Shown here: piece by piece, positions 17,064 through 26,049 of the stretch | Position numbering within the stretch: the first letter of the stretch is position 1 | Layout of the letters: every line of letters starts with the position of its first letter | Virus record (IMG/VR): IMGVR_UViG_3300031577_000188 | Location: 1-40,875 of that record | DNA: 40,875 nt | Direction: 5' to 3' (one strand) | From: a virus | Lineage: Duplodnaviria; Caudoviricetes | Position numbers and translations under genes: made by a program | The notes under the pieces: model-generated | The model's input: only the letters and a program-made list of their open reading frames with translations | Told to the model about the DNA's origin: nothing | Database searches by the model: none

Positions 17064-17874
17064 AAGGAATGATGTGCAAGAATTTATTGAGACTGAAGTT
17101 GGTTGTTTTGATATTGAACAATGGTCTTCATATAAATCAGCATTAGAACAATGGGAGATAACAACTTCAAACATAGTGCGGGTAAAAGAGTGTGTTAAAA
17201 GCGACATTAACTCTTATTTTTTTAAGGCATTCCAGTCTTTCGCACAAGCTCTGCATGAAATAGATAGCAAAAAATATGCTTGGTCTATCGTGAAGTTATA
17301 TTACGCCATTTTTTACTTATTAAGGTGCGAAATATTACTTTCAGATTATATTATTATCAGGTGTAAAACATTATATTATGCTAAAATTAATATCGGAGAA
17401 AAGCCAACGACATTTAATCCAAATAAATTTAAAGGAGACCATCAATTAACCATTGCTTTAGAGGAAAAATTATATAATTCATCCGAATTAACAGACCCCA
17501 TTTTAGGCAATAAAATCAATGGAGAAAATGCCTATATGTGGTTTATGAGTAACAGAGATAGGGTTAATTATCAAATGAAAGATTTTTCAGACCCAATTTG
17601 CGATGTATTTTTAAGTCATGTAATTTCATATTTTGACAATAAGGAACTTATGAATCTGTTTCAATTTTATAATACTAAAACAGATTATTCTGTCTGCTTT
17701 GATACAGACCACACCCTATTGTCGATACCATACAAGAAACTAATATCAGTTTATAAAAGGATAAATACCACAATGATTATTACACCTGAATCAAAACAAA
17801 AACTTATTGAGACACGCAAATTGTTATTTGAGTTAGGATTAAATAAAACAGACATTAAAACTTTGCTTCAATAA
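17047..17874 (+). CDS. HEPN-like protein coupled to the DGQHR gene
   Basis: AWSIVKLYYAIFYLLRCEIL...GDHQ...RDRVNY follows the HEPN YYAxF...H...RxxxxY layout; start overlaps the DGQHR gene end. Confidence 0.65.
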   Translation: MNMSFKRNDVQEFIETEVGCFDIEQWSSYKSALEQWEITTSNIVRVKECVKSDINSYFFKAFQSFAQALHEIDSKKYAWSIVKLYYAIFYLLRCEILLSDYIIIRCKTLYYAKINIGEKPTTFNPNKFKGDHQLTIALEEKLYNSSELTDPILGNKINGENAYMWFMSNRDRVNYQMKDFSDPICDVFLSHVISYFDNKELMNLFQFYNTKTDYSVCFDTDHTLLSIPYKKLISVYKRINTTMIITPESKQKLIETRKLLFELGLNKTDIKTLLQ

Positions 17875-17884
17875 CGGTTTCTTT

Positions 17885-17921
17885 GCTACTTTCTTTCCCG
17901 CATATCACGAAAGAAAGTAGC
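17885..17921. repeat. 13-bp perfect inverted repeat (terminator or REP-like)
   Basis: GCTACTTTCTTTC-N11-GAAAGAAAGTAGC between convergent genes. Confidence 0.7.
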
Positions 17922-18035
17922 CAGATGTGAATTCCGCACGATATAGATTCTGGTTCTGCAAAATTATCAATATCACATTCCAATATAACTTTTCATATAA
18001 GGTTGCTTTAGATTGCCAAAGTAATTGCCTCGCTC

Positions 18036-18638
18036 TCATTTACTGAGTAGTCTTTTATATTTTTCGTATGTATTATAATAAAAAAAGTATGAGATTACTA
18101 TAATAAAAAAACAAGCAAGAAATTCGACTAATGAGCAAGGGCTTTTACTAAAACAAATAAGCCCTTCTTTAACACAAATCCCTGCAAATACTATCAGTTG
18201 CAGAATTGAGATGATCCAGAAAAATATGGCATAAAAATTAGGTAAGTAGGACCAGAATCCTTTTCCTGAAGGATCATATAAATCTCCGAACACATCATCG
18301 TATTCTCCACCAAGTTCTTTTTTTCGTATTCTCATGTTCAGGGTTTGGTCTCTTCTAAATGCATATCCTAGATGAAGAATGATAAGGTTTAATAATAGAA
18401 GTACTAGTAATACAACTAAAGTTACAGTAATTAGTATCGAATTAGATACATACATACCTTGTATGTATGTTTGCGTATAAGGAATGCTGTCTGTTGTATG
18501 TACATATGTGTATCCAAACCCTCCGAATAAGACTAAGAGAGCAACAAGTAATTGTATAAATAGAGCTTGATGGTGATTTTGGTTTTCAGCGAATTGTTCA
18601 TGAATTGAATTAAGTATATTATTTCTGATCCTTCTCAT
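18036..18638 (-). CDS. Hypothetical membrane protein (about 4 TM)
   Basis: Four hydrophobic segments in 200 aa; AT-rich accessory gene. Confidence 0.75.
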   Translation of the reverse strand: MRRIRNNILNSIHEQFAENQNHHQALFIQLLVALLVLFGGFGYTYVHTTDSIPYTQTYIQGMYVSNSILITVTLVVLLVLLLLNLIILHLGYAFRRDQTLNMRIRKKELGGEYDDVFGDLYDPSGKGFWSYLPNFYAIFFWIISILQLIVFAGICVKEGLICFSKSPCSLVEFLACFFIIVISYFFYYNTYEKYKRLLSK

Positions 18639-18752
18639 AATTTTTTGAATGTAAATACGTAATGTTGTTCTGTAATTGTATCTGACTAAAGTCTATGAAA
18701 AATAGCGAATTAATAAAAGTCTTTTGTTGGCAACGTGAATTACTCTTTGATT

Positions 18753-19310
18753 CTATTGAGCATGCTTCCCTATTAAAGGTTGCAGCTTCTTTGCAAAATA
18801 GACCTCCAAAGATGGCATAAGCTGATACATGTCTTCGTTTATTTCAAGAGCGTGGAGTTTCAGTTTTAGAGATAGCGGCTTTGCCCAGTGAGACAACTGT
18901 AAGCCATGATCAGTGCAATCTTTATGATAACCTAAGTGTTGAATAACCCTACCCCAAAAACAAGCTTTGACTTTACCTACATATAACGTTCTTGTTGAAT
19001 TATGATCGTAATAGTTTAAAGCGGGTGCCGGTCTTCCAAAGGTGTCTTCTTTATATTTCTCAAATGCTGCTAATATTATTGCATTATCTATATCAGAAAC
19101 TATTTCATACCAATAAATTGTTTGGCGAGTTATAGCTTCAAGTTCTTCAAATAACTTTTCATATTTAGGCGCCTTTCTAATATCAGTCGTTAAATAGTTT
19201 TCTAATTCTGAACAGTCAATATCAAAACAATACTCTTTAATTCTATTTTGGCTAATATTTTTTAGACCTTTAATGGTCTCTTCTGCGAATGATTCTAATA
19301 GTGAATTCAT
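18753..19310 (-). CDS. GIY-YIG-like nuclease
   Basis: TIYWY...TLYVGKV...GRVIQHLG...LE...LQPLIG matches the GIY-YIG motif order. Confidence 0.65.
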   Translation of the reverse strand: MNSLLESFAEETIKGLKNISQNRIKEYCFDIDCSELENYLTTDIRKAPKYEKLFEELEAITRQTIYWYEIVSDIDNAIILAAFEKYKEDTFGRPAPALNYYDHNSTRTLYVGKVKACFWGRVIQHLGYHKDCTDHGLQLSHWAKPLSLKLKLHALEINEDMYQLMPSLEVYFAKKLQPLIGKHAQ

Positions 19311-19380
19311 ATTATCTGATTTTAAGATTTACAAATGAAGTAATTTCGTTTTTCAAAAGCAAATTAGATTGCTCATTTTA

Positions 19381-19458
19381 TTTTTTAGTAGCACGTCATG
19401 CGTCCATGTGAGCTACTACCGAGTAGTCTTTTAGGGGATTATTCGGTATCTTTATTTT
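19381..19458 (+). repeat. Direct repeat copy A (degenerate late-promoter region)
   Basis: 78 bp with 8 mismatches to 22054-22131 by manual alignment. Confidence 0.9.
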
Positions 19459-19465
19459 ATGTGAA

Positions 19466-19537
19466 GAAACTTATGATCGGGTCGTGCGGTTAGTGAAGAA
19501 GAATATTGCTGTTATCCGGCAGAGGATGACGATATAG
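19466..19537 (+). pseudogene. Short 3' remnant resembling the PcfJ-like protein C-terminus
   Basis: Frame reads ETYDRVVRLVKKNIAVIRQRMTI*. Similarity is recalled, not searched. Confidence 0.4.
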
Positions 19538-19601
19538 AATGACTTATTATAAATAAAAAATAATATCTTTGAGCAAATATCTAGTAAAAAAGTGTAATGC
19601 A

Positions 19602-20891
19602 ATGACAAGTAATAGATTAAAAGATAAACTCGGTTCTATGTTTGAACAAGTGACCGAGGATGCAAGTGGTATTTCTTTTCATGAAAATTTTATTATCTTG
19701 AAAGAATGCCATTTTATAAAGGATCTGGATTTAATGCTTGTTTTAAACGAAGTACAGCTGAAAAATATTCTCTTTACAAATTGTTTATTTAGTGAATCTG
19801 TTGATATGTTTCACTCACATAGTGATAATCTGTATTTAGAAATAGATTATGACATAGTGTTTCATGATTGTCGATTTGAAAAAAAAGTTTCTTTCTCTGG
19901 ACTTTCTTTGAAAAAAGGTATCTCTTTCACATTATGTACTTTTAAAGGGGATTTTTTTGTCAATTGGAGTCAATTTGGTGGGGCATTTCTTTTATCAGGA
20001 ACTACGTTTGAAAATAAAGTCAGTTTTGACGGCTCTAAATTTGATTATATTTATTTTTTCTCAAAAATGGATGATCATACTATCTTTCGAGCTAATGTAT
20101 CTTTTTCGAATGCAGAAATAAATGATGCACGTTTTTGGAATATGATATTTTATGGCGATGTCCTTTTTGTTAATACTAAATTTAATTGCCCAGTCTATTT
20201 TAATAATACCTTGTTCACAGGGGCTCTTGTTTTTGGGGAACAAGGCACATTGGGGAGAATAGAAATAAAGGAGTCAATTTACTTAGATGGTGCAGAGGTA
20301 AAGCAACTCAGCTTATATAATATGGTTTTTGAACACTACGTAAGTCTTAATAATACAAAGATTGAAAATGTGGATATTAGTAATACTTTGTTTTCAGCTC
20401 AGTATCTTTCACTTTCTGGAACGCAGATACATAATGTCAATAATGAATATACAGCGAGAGTTTTGAAGAATGAAGCCTTGAGAGGCAGTAACGGCCCTAT
20501 AGCTCTACAGATGAAGGCCAAGGAATTGGATTTTTATTACTGTAGTTTGGGATGGAGAAAAAACCTTTTCGAAAAATTTCCTTTATGGTTAATGAAATAC
20601 TCAAATAACTATGGAGAGGATTGGTTTAGAGCATTGATTTTTATTTTATGTTGCTGGGTGATATTTTTCTCTCTATTTGTCATCTCTCGGGATGGATTTG
20701 GAACTATCTTTTTTTGGTTTGATATATCATATTTAAAAGAAGCTATCAACTTTTTGTGGCTTTTGAATAGCTCTAAAGATATTGAATCTATTAGGACGGT
20801 TGGGCAAGTGTTATTTTTCTTGCTCGGAAAGATATCTATTGCGTATGGGATTTATCAACTGATAGCTGCATTTAGGAAACACGGAAAGTAA
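19602..20891 (+). CDS. Pentapeptide-repeat protein with C-terminal membrane domain
   Basis: Repeated F.N..F/F.G..F units; C-terminal SNNYGEDWFRALIFIL plus TM helices; TATCTTTG promoter element at 19564-19571. Confidence 0.85.
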   Translation: MTSNRLKDKLGSMFEQVTEDASGISFHENFIILKECHFIKDLDLMLVLNEVQLKNILFTNCLFSESVDMFHSHSDNLYLEIDYDIVFHDCRFEKKVSFSGLSLKKGISFTLCTFKGDFFVNWSQFGGAFLLSGTTFENKVSFDGSKFDYIYFFSKMDDHTIFRANVSFSNAEINDARFWNMIFYGDVLFVNTKFNCPVYFNNTLFTGALVFGEQGTLGRIEIKESIYLDGAEVKQLSLYNMVFEHYVSLNNTKIENVDISNTLFSAQYLSLSGTQIHNVNNEYTARVLKNEALRGSNGPIALQMKAKELDFYYCSLGWRKNLFEKFPLWLMKYSNNYGEDWFRALIFILCCWVIFFSLFVISRDGFGTIFFWFDISYLKEAINFLWLLNSSKDIESIRTVGQVLFFLLGKISIAYGIYQLIAAFRKHGK

Positions 20892-20980
20892 TTTTATTTG
20901 AATTTCATTTATTATTCCTTCGTAATATAAATGAAATTATTAAAATGCATTATGATAATTGATTTGTCATAGGATAGTTC

Positions 20981-21706
20981 TTAACGAATTTTTTTATATT
21001 TTTTTTTCATGCGTCTTAGCGTGATATCTACATAATCTATTTCCTTAAGGAAAGAATTTATTTCAGGATCAATCCAATCTATAATATTTATTATTGATTT
21101 GTAAATGCTTGTCGCATGTGAAAAGTCTATCTGGTTGGATGTATTGAAACATATAGGTTCGTGATGACTGATTCTATTTCTGAATATCCTAATCTGTTCT
21201 AATTCTGAGAATATAATATTTCTATTACACAAAAGCGTTCTATTAGAGAAAGCATGTATTGGTGCTCCTTGTAGTATTTTATAAATAGTTTTACTATAAA
21301 AGCTAGTCCAAAAACCGAATGTTTGTTCTGAAATTATTCTCCCATTGGTTATCTTTCGACCTTCATTTCTGATTTTTTTTTCAGCATTCTCCACTTGCTT
21401 GAGATGATAACGGTTATCTGTTGATTTATGAGTATATTTATCTATATATTGAAGTCTCGAATCATTCATAAACCCTTGCTTTTGAGAGATGATCCAATTT
21501 CCATTTTTAAATTTATTGCTTAATACTGCATCTATATTGTTTCGGAGCGTGACCTCTAAAAGGCAGATTAACGGCATAAAAGCTTGAGATAAGGCCATGT
21601 TCATTTTATAAAGCATGACAGTTCTGGCTTTATGATTATTGGTTGCTACTACATATTTGGATATTCTTTCACTGGAGAAGTGTTTTTCGAATTTTACGTA
21701 ATTCAT
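20981..21706 (-). CDS. Abi-like protein (Abi_2/AbiD-AbiF family, HEPN RNase)
   Basis: FSSERISKY, LEVTLRNNI, TFGFW and the HEPN motif RNRISHHEPI. Confidence 0.88.
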   Translation of the reverse strand: MNYVKFEKHFSSERISKYVVATNNHKARTVMLYKMNMALSQAFMPLICLLEVTLRNNIDAVLSNKFKNGNWIISQKQGFMNDSRLQYIDKYTHKSTDNRYHLKQVENAEKKIRNEGRKITNGRIISEQTFGFWTSFYSKTIYKILQGAPIHAFSNRTLLCNRNIIFSELEQIRIFRNRISHHEPICFNTSNQIDFSHATSIYKSIINIIDWIDPEINSFLKEIDYVDITLRRMKKKYKKIR

Positions 21707-21807
21707 GTTGCTTAATTATTTATAGTATCAATAATAGTATTTCTTGGAACACTATTAGCATTATTAACATCATTTATAACATCTCTATCAGATTTATTAT
21801 AAAAATC

Positions 21808-21838
21808 TTTGTTTAGACCAAAAGTAGTTGTACTTTTG
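21808..21838 (+). promoter_or_regulatory. Promoter of the small RNA, with an overlapping palindrome
   Basis: TTTG (21808-11), 19 nt spacer, TACTTTTG (21831-38); perfect inverted repeat CAAAAGTA-gttg-TACTTTTG. Confidence 0.7.
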
Positions 21839-21844
21839 CAGTGT

Positions 21845-21927
21845 TATACTTAGTCAAGCCTCTATTCGAAAGAATACGTAACTAAGTTCAAGAAATAGCC
21901 AACTCACTTCGGTGGGTTGGCTTTTTT
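21845..21927 (+). ncRNA. Candidate small RNA divergent from the Abi gene (putative RNA antitoxin)
   Basis: Own promoter; ACTTAGT/ACTAAGT helix enclosing a TATTC-GAAA-GAATA hairpin; terminator; no ORF. Confidence 0.65.
21897..21927 (+). terminator. Intrinsic terminator
   Basis: AGCCAACTCAC-TTCG-GTGGGTTGGCT followed by a T run. Confidence 0.85.
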
Positions 21928-22053
21928 GTTTTGCAAAAATAGTATTTTATTTTCATTTACCTGAAAACTTAATTGTTTTTTACCTTTTATTTTTTTTGTG
22001 TGAAAATATGTATTACGATATTTCATGGCCAAATAATATATAGGAGTCTTTCC

Positions 22054-22131
22054 TTTTTTAGTCGCACGTCATGCGACCAAGTAAACTACTACCGAATAGT
22101 TCTTTAGGGGATTATTCGGTATCTTTATTTT
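22054..22131 (+). promoter_or_regulatory. Putative late promoter of the packaging operon (direct repeat copy B)
   Basis: Palindrome GTCGCA-cgtca-TGCGAC at 22061, a hairpin, and TATCTTTA at 22120. Confidence 0.65.
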
Positions 22132-22152
22132 GTGAAAATAAAAGCAAAAGAA

Positions 22153-23586
22153 ATGAGTGTAGTTTACAGAAAGATTTTCGATCTGAAAGAGTACGATAAT
22201 AACCCACGTACAATAACAAACGAGCAGTTAGAGAAGCTCAAAGAATCGATATCAAAGAACCCTGATTATTTCGAGGCACGTCCGATCGTATTATCAAATC
22301 GTACGGGTGAGCTGATTGTGATAGCCGGTAACCAACGCCTCGAGGCGAGCATACAGCTTGGTTTGAAGAAAGTCCCTACCTACTTACTTGAGAATCTGAC
22401 GGAAGAACGCGAGCATGAACTCATGATCCGTGATAACGTGAACAACGGTGAGTGGGACATGCAGAAGCTCTTGGAGTGGGATAGCAATGAATTGTTAGAA
22501 TGGGGTTGTGAGACTTTGTTTGCCGGTTTTGATGATAGTATGTTCAATGCCGACAATGATAGTCAGTTGCCCCGGAAAGAGGTAAAGGTCGGGAACTTAC
22601 AAGATCGTTTTATCATCTCGCCATTCTCTATCCTCGATACGAAGCTCGGCCCGTGGCAGGAAAGAAAACGTGCCTGGCTTTCATTGGGTATCAAGAGTGA
22701 GGATGGCCGGGATAAAGAAATCACATACAGCATGTCTTCCCAACCCCCGCGAGTATATGAAGTTCGAAACCAGCTTCGCGAGAAAAACGGAGTTGACCCG
22801 TCATGGGAAGAGTTGATTGATTACTGCAAGAAACATGATATTCCTTTGATGGAGGGGACATCCGTCTTTGACCCCGTTCTCTGTGAGCTGTCCTATCGTT
22901 GGTTTAATATTCCCCATGGTGAAATACTTGATCCCTTTGCCGGTGGTTCGGTTCGTGGGATAGTAGCGGCAATGCTTGGTTATAACTATACCGGTGTTGA
23001 TTTGAGAGAAGAGCAGGTGCTTGCCAATTACACCAATTCGGAAGAACTTTCCTCCCGTTATCCCGAGGGACAGATACCACCCACATGGATATGCGGTGAC
23101 AGCTGCAACATAGACAAGATGATTGAGGGCGGTGCCGATATGATATTCAGTTGTCCGCCTTATGCTGATTTAGAAGTTTATTCGGATGACCCGAAAGATT
23201 TGTCGAACATGGATTATGAGAACTTCCTTAGGGCTTACCGCACAATTATTCGTCGGAGCTGTGATAAACTAAAAGAGGATCGCTTTGCTGTATTCGTAGT
23301 TGGTGAGGTACGCGATAAGAAGGGAGCCAATCTTGGTTTTGTTCCTGATACTATAAAGGCTTTCATTGATAGCGGTTTGCATTACTACAACGAGATGATA
23401 CTTGCAAACGTAATAGGGAGTTTAGCTCTACGGGTAACAAAGCAGTTTAATAACAGCCGTAAGATTGGAAAGCTTCATCAGAACGTTCTTGTATTCTACA
23501 AAGGGGATATTAAGAACATCAAGAAGAACTTTCCAGAACTAGACTTTTCCGATTGTGATTTTTTAGAAACTGAAATAGAAAACTAA
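22153..23586 (+). CDS. ParB-like N-terminal domain + DNA methyltransferase
   Basis: NNPRTI...IAGNQRL (ParB-like); ILDPFAGGS (motif I) and FSCPPY (motif IV). Confidence 0.88.
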   Translation: MSVVYRKIFDLKEYDNNPRTITNEQLEKLKESISKNPDYFEARPIVLSNRTGELIVIAGNQRLEASIQLGLKKVPTYLLENLTEEREHELMIRDNVNNGEWDMQKLLEWDSNELLEWGCETLFAGFDDSMFNADNDSQLPRKEVKVGNLQDRFIISPFSILDTKLGPWQERKRAWLSLGIKSEDGRDKEITYSMSSQPPRVYEVRNQLREKNGVDPSWEELIDYCKKHDIPLMEGTSVFDPVLCELSYRWFNIPHGEILDPFAGGSVRGIVAAMLGYNYTGVDLREEQVLANYTNSEELSSRYPEGQIPPTWICGDSCNIDKMIEGGADMIFSCPPYADLEVYSDDPKDLSNMDYENFLRAYRTIIRRSCDKLKEDRFAVFVVGEVRDKKGANLGFVPDTIKAFIDSGLHYYNEMILANVIGSLALRVTKQFNNSRKIGKLHQNVLVFYKGDIKNIKKNFPELDFSDCDFLETEIEN

Positions 23587-23587
23587 C

Positions 23588-24121
23588 ATGGCTGCACCAA
23601 AAGGAAATCGTTTCTGGGAACTTCGTTCCAAGCATGGAAGGGAGAAGTTATTCTCTACCCCCGAACTTCTTTGGGAGGCGGCATGTGAATACTTTCAATG
23701 GTGTGATGAAAATCCGTGGCTATCAAAGAAAGCGATTCAAAAGACCGTACCAAAGAAGAAGGGAAAGAAGGGAATCGTTACCGAGCAATTGACACAACAG
23801 GAGGTTTCACCAACAGCAAGGCCGTATTCACTTACCGGCTTTTGCATTTATGTAGGCGCTTCGACAATGTGGTGGAGGAACTTTAAAGAGGGATGTAAGA
23901 GTACAAATGATGAAGATTTTTTAATAGTCATCGCACGCGTGGAGGAAACAATCGAGACACAGCAGTTCGAAGGGGCATGTGTCGGAGCGTTCAATGCGAA
24001 CATTATTGCTCGTAAGCTGGGGCTTGCTGATAAGCAGGAATTAGATCATACCACGGGAGGGAAAGAGTTCAAAGGATTTAACTTCCTGCCTTATACCAAA
24101 GAGGCGGAGGATGTAAAGTAA
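23588..24121 (+). CDS. terS: Terminase small subunit (P22 gp3-like)
   Basis: MAAPKGNRFW...HGR, LWEAACEYFQW and GAFNANIIARKLGL; directly before terL. Confidence 0.85.
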   Translation: MAAPKGNRFWELRSKHGREKLFSTPELLWEAACEYFQWCDENPWLSKKAIQKTVPKKKGKKGIVTEQLTQQEVSPTARPYSLTGFCIYVGASTMWWRNFKEGCKSTNDEDFLIVIARVEETIETQQFEGACVGAFNANIIARKLGLADKQELDHTTGGKEFKGFNFLPYTKEAEDVK

Positions 24122-25440
24122 TGAGTGATAAGATCAACATAAAGCAACGTAAGGCGTACAACCTGCTCCGGGATGATAAGAATTACTTCATCCTTTATGG
24201 TGGGGCTGGCGGTGGGGGTAAATCATGGCTAGGCTGTGAATGGCTAATGCAATGCGCTCATAATCTCCCCGGTACACGTTGGTTTGTTGGCCGTAATAAC
24301 CTAAAGGATAGTCGCGAGTCGGTATCTATCACCTTTGCTAAAGTCGCGGTATCTTATAACTTCAAAGACTACCGGCTAACATCTGACGGGATCAAGTTCG
24401 ATAACGGTTCGGAGATCATCTTTCTTGATCTTACCTATTACCCGATGAAAGACCCGATGTATGAAAGGCTGGGTTCCAAGGAGTTCACCGGTGGATGGAT
24501 AGAGGAAGCCGGAGAGGTTCATTATCTTGCTTTTGAGGTGCTAAAGACACGTGTCGGCCGTCACTTGAATGATGTGTACGGTATCCCTCCAAAGATACTG
24601 ATCACCTGTAACCCTAAAAAGAACTGGTTATACAAGACGTTCTATAAACCATGGAAAGAGGGGAAGCTTAAAACCCCTTATGCCTTTATCCCGGCTCTTG
24701 TTCAGGATAACCCGTTCGCTACCAAGGAATATATAGAGATGCTTCAAAACACGAATGATAATGTGACGAAGCAACGTTTGTATTTTGGTAACTGGGAATA
24801 TGATGATGATCCCTCTTCCTTGTGTGATTACGATGCTATCTGTGATGTGTTTACCAATGAGCATGTCAGGCCGAACGGATTGCCCAAACTCTCCGCCGAC
24901 CTTGCCATGAAGGGCCGAGACAGGTTTGTTACCGGCAAGGCTGTCGGGCATGTATGCACGATCATACTTGATAAGACCTATTCTCCCGGTAAGATGATTG
25001 AGACGGACCTTCGTAATGCTATGATAGATCATCGCGTATCACGTAGCAATGTGATCGTGGATTCCGATGGGCTGGGGGCATACCTCGAAAGCTACCTTAC
25101 GGGCATCAAAGAGTTTCATGGCGGGGCACGGGCCTTGTCTGATGAGTATGATAACATCAAAACACAGTGTGCCTTTAAGTTGGCCGAGCTTATCAATAAC
25201 CGTGACTTCCGTATCATCTGCACCCCGGAACAGGAGGAGCGTATCAAAGAAGAACTCGCATTATTGAAGCGTGCCAATGTAGACAAGGACACGAGGAAGA
25301 AAAGCATTATCAGTAAGGAAACAATGAAAGCAACTTTGAACCACTCCCCGGACTACCTCGATATGCTTATCATGCTAATGATATTTGAATTGAGGAAGCC
25401 ACTCAAGGGTGCAAGGGCAATCGTTACAGAGGCTGATTGA
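24121..25440 (+). CDS. terL: Terminase large subunit
   Basis: YGGAGGGGKS, WIEEAGE, TCNP, DNPF, and nuclease-domain ADLA and HSPDYLDML. Confidence 0.93.
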   Translation: MSDKINIKQRKAYNLLRDDKNYFILYGGAGGGGKSWLGCEWLMQCAHNLPGTRWFVGRNNLKDSRESVSITFAKVAVSYNFKDYRLTSDGIKFDNGSEIIFLDLTYYPMKDPMYERLGSKEFTGGWIEEAGEVHYLAFEVLKTRVGRHLNDVYGIPPKILITCNPKKNWLYKTFYKPWKEGKLKTPYAFIPALVQDNPFATKEYIEMLQNTNDNVTKQRLYFGNWEYDDDPSSLCDYDAICDVFTNEHVRPNGLPKLSADLAMKGRDRFVTGKAVGHVCTIILDKTYSPGKMIETDLRNAMIDHRVSRSNVIVDSDGLGAYLESYLTGIKEFHGGARALSDEYDNIKTQCAFKLAELINNRDFRIICTPEQEERIKEELALLKRANVDKDTRKKSIISKETMKATLNHSPDYLDMLIMLMIFELRKPLKGARAIVTEAD

Positions 25441-25482
25441 TAACAATATGTAAGATTATTAAGGTAAAAATGAAGTATTGAT

Positions 25483-26049
25483 ATGAGGATAGTATTTACA
25501 AAATGTCAGAAAATGCAGTTTGCCGAGTTTTGGGTTAAGCTCGATTGCTGCAGCTCGGCCGGAGAGGTGTTCGAGCAAATGAAAGAGATTCCCAAGCCGG
25601 CTTATGTGTGTAAGACAGCGGTGCCGGAAGATTTGAATGATCTTACTTATGGGCAGTTGGTGGAGCTGCAGGGTATCACGAATAACGAGGAGTTGTTCTT
25701 TGTTCCCTGTAAGGTGTTGCTTGGCTTGGATAGAGCAAAGGTGAAAACATCTGATGCGGAATCGGTGATCGGCTTTGTCTTTTGGGTTTCCCGTGAGATA
25801 GATCGGATCAACAAACTCTTTGAGTCTACTAACGTGAAGCCCACCCCGGAAGAACAGCAGGCCCGGATTGATAAGCTGAGCTTTGGCCCGTTCGGGTTGA
25901 TTGATTACTATGCTCTGCGGATGGGCATAACAAACCATGATGGGGTGTTAGCCCTGCCATGGGTACGTATTTACCAATGCATGAAGATTGATTCGGAAAA
26001 AGCGAAGTATGAACGAAGATTACGGAAAGTGTATGCAGATAAAAAATAG
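25483..26049 (+). CDS. Hypothetical phage protein, possibly a tail assembly chaperone
   Basis: ORF in the late operon; function inferred loosely from position and C-terminal pattern. Confidence 0.6.
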   Translation: MRIVFTKCQKMQFAEFWVKLDCCSSAGEVFEQMKEIPKPAYVCKTAVPEDLNDLTYGQLVELQGITNNEELFFVPCKVLLGLDRAKVKTSDAESVIGFVFWVSREIDRINKLFESTNVKPTPEEQQARIDKLSFGPFGLIDYYALRMGITNHDGVLALPWVRIYQCMKIDSEKAKYERRLRKVYADKK

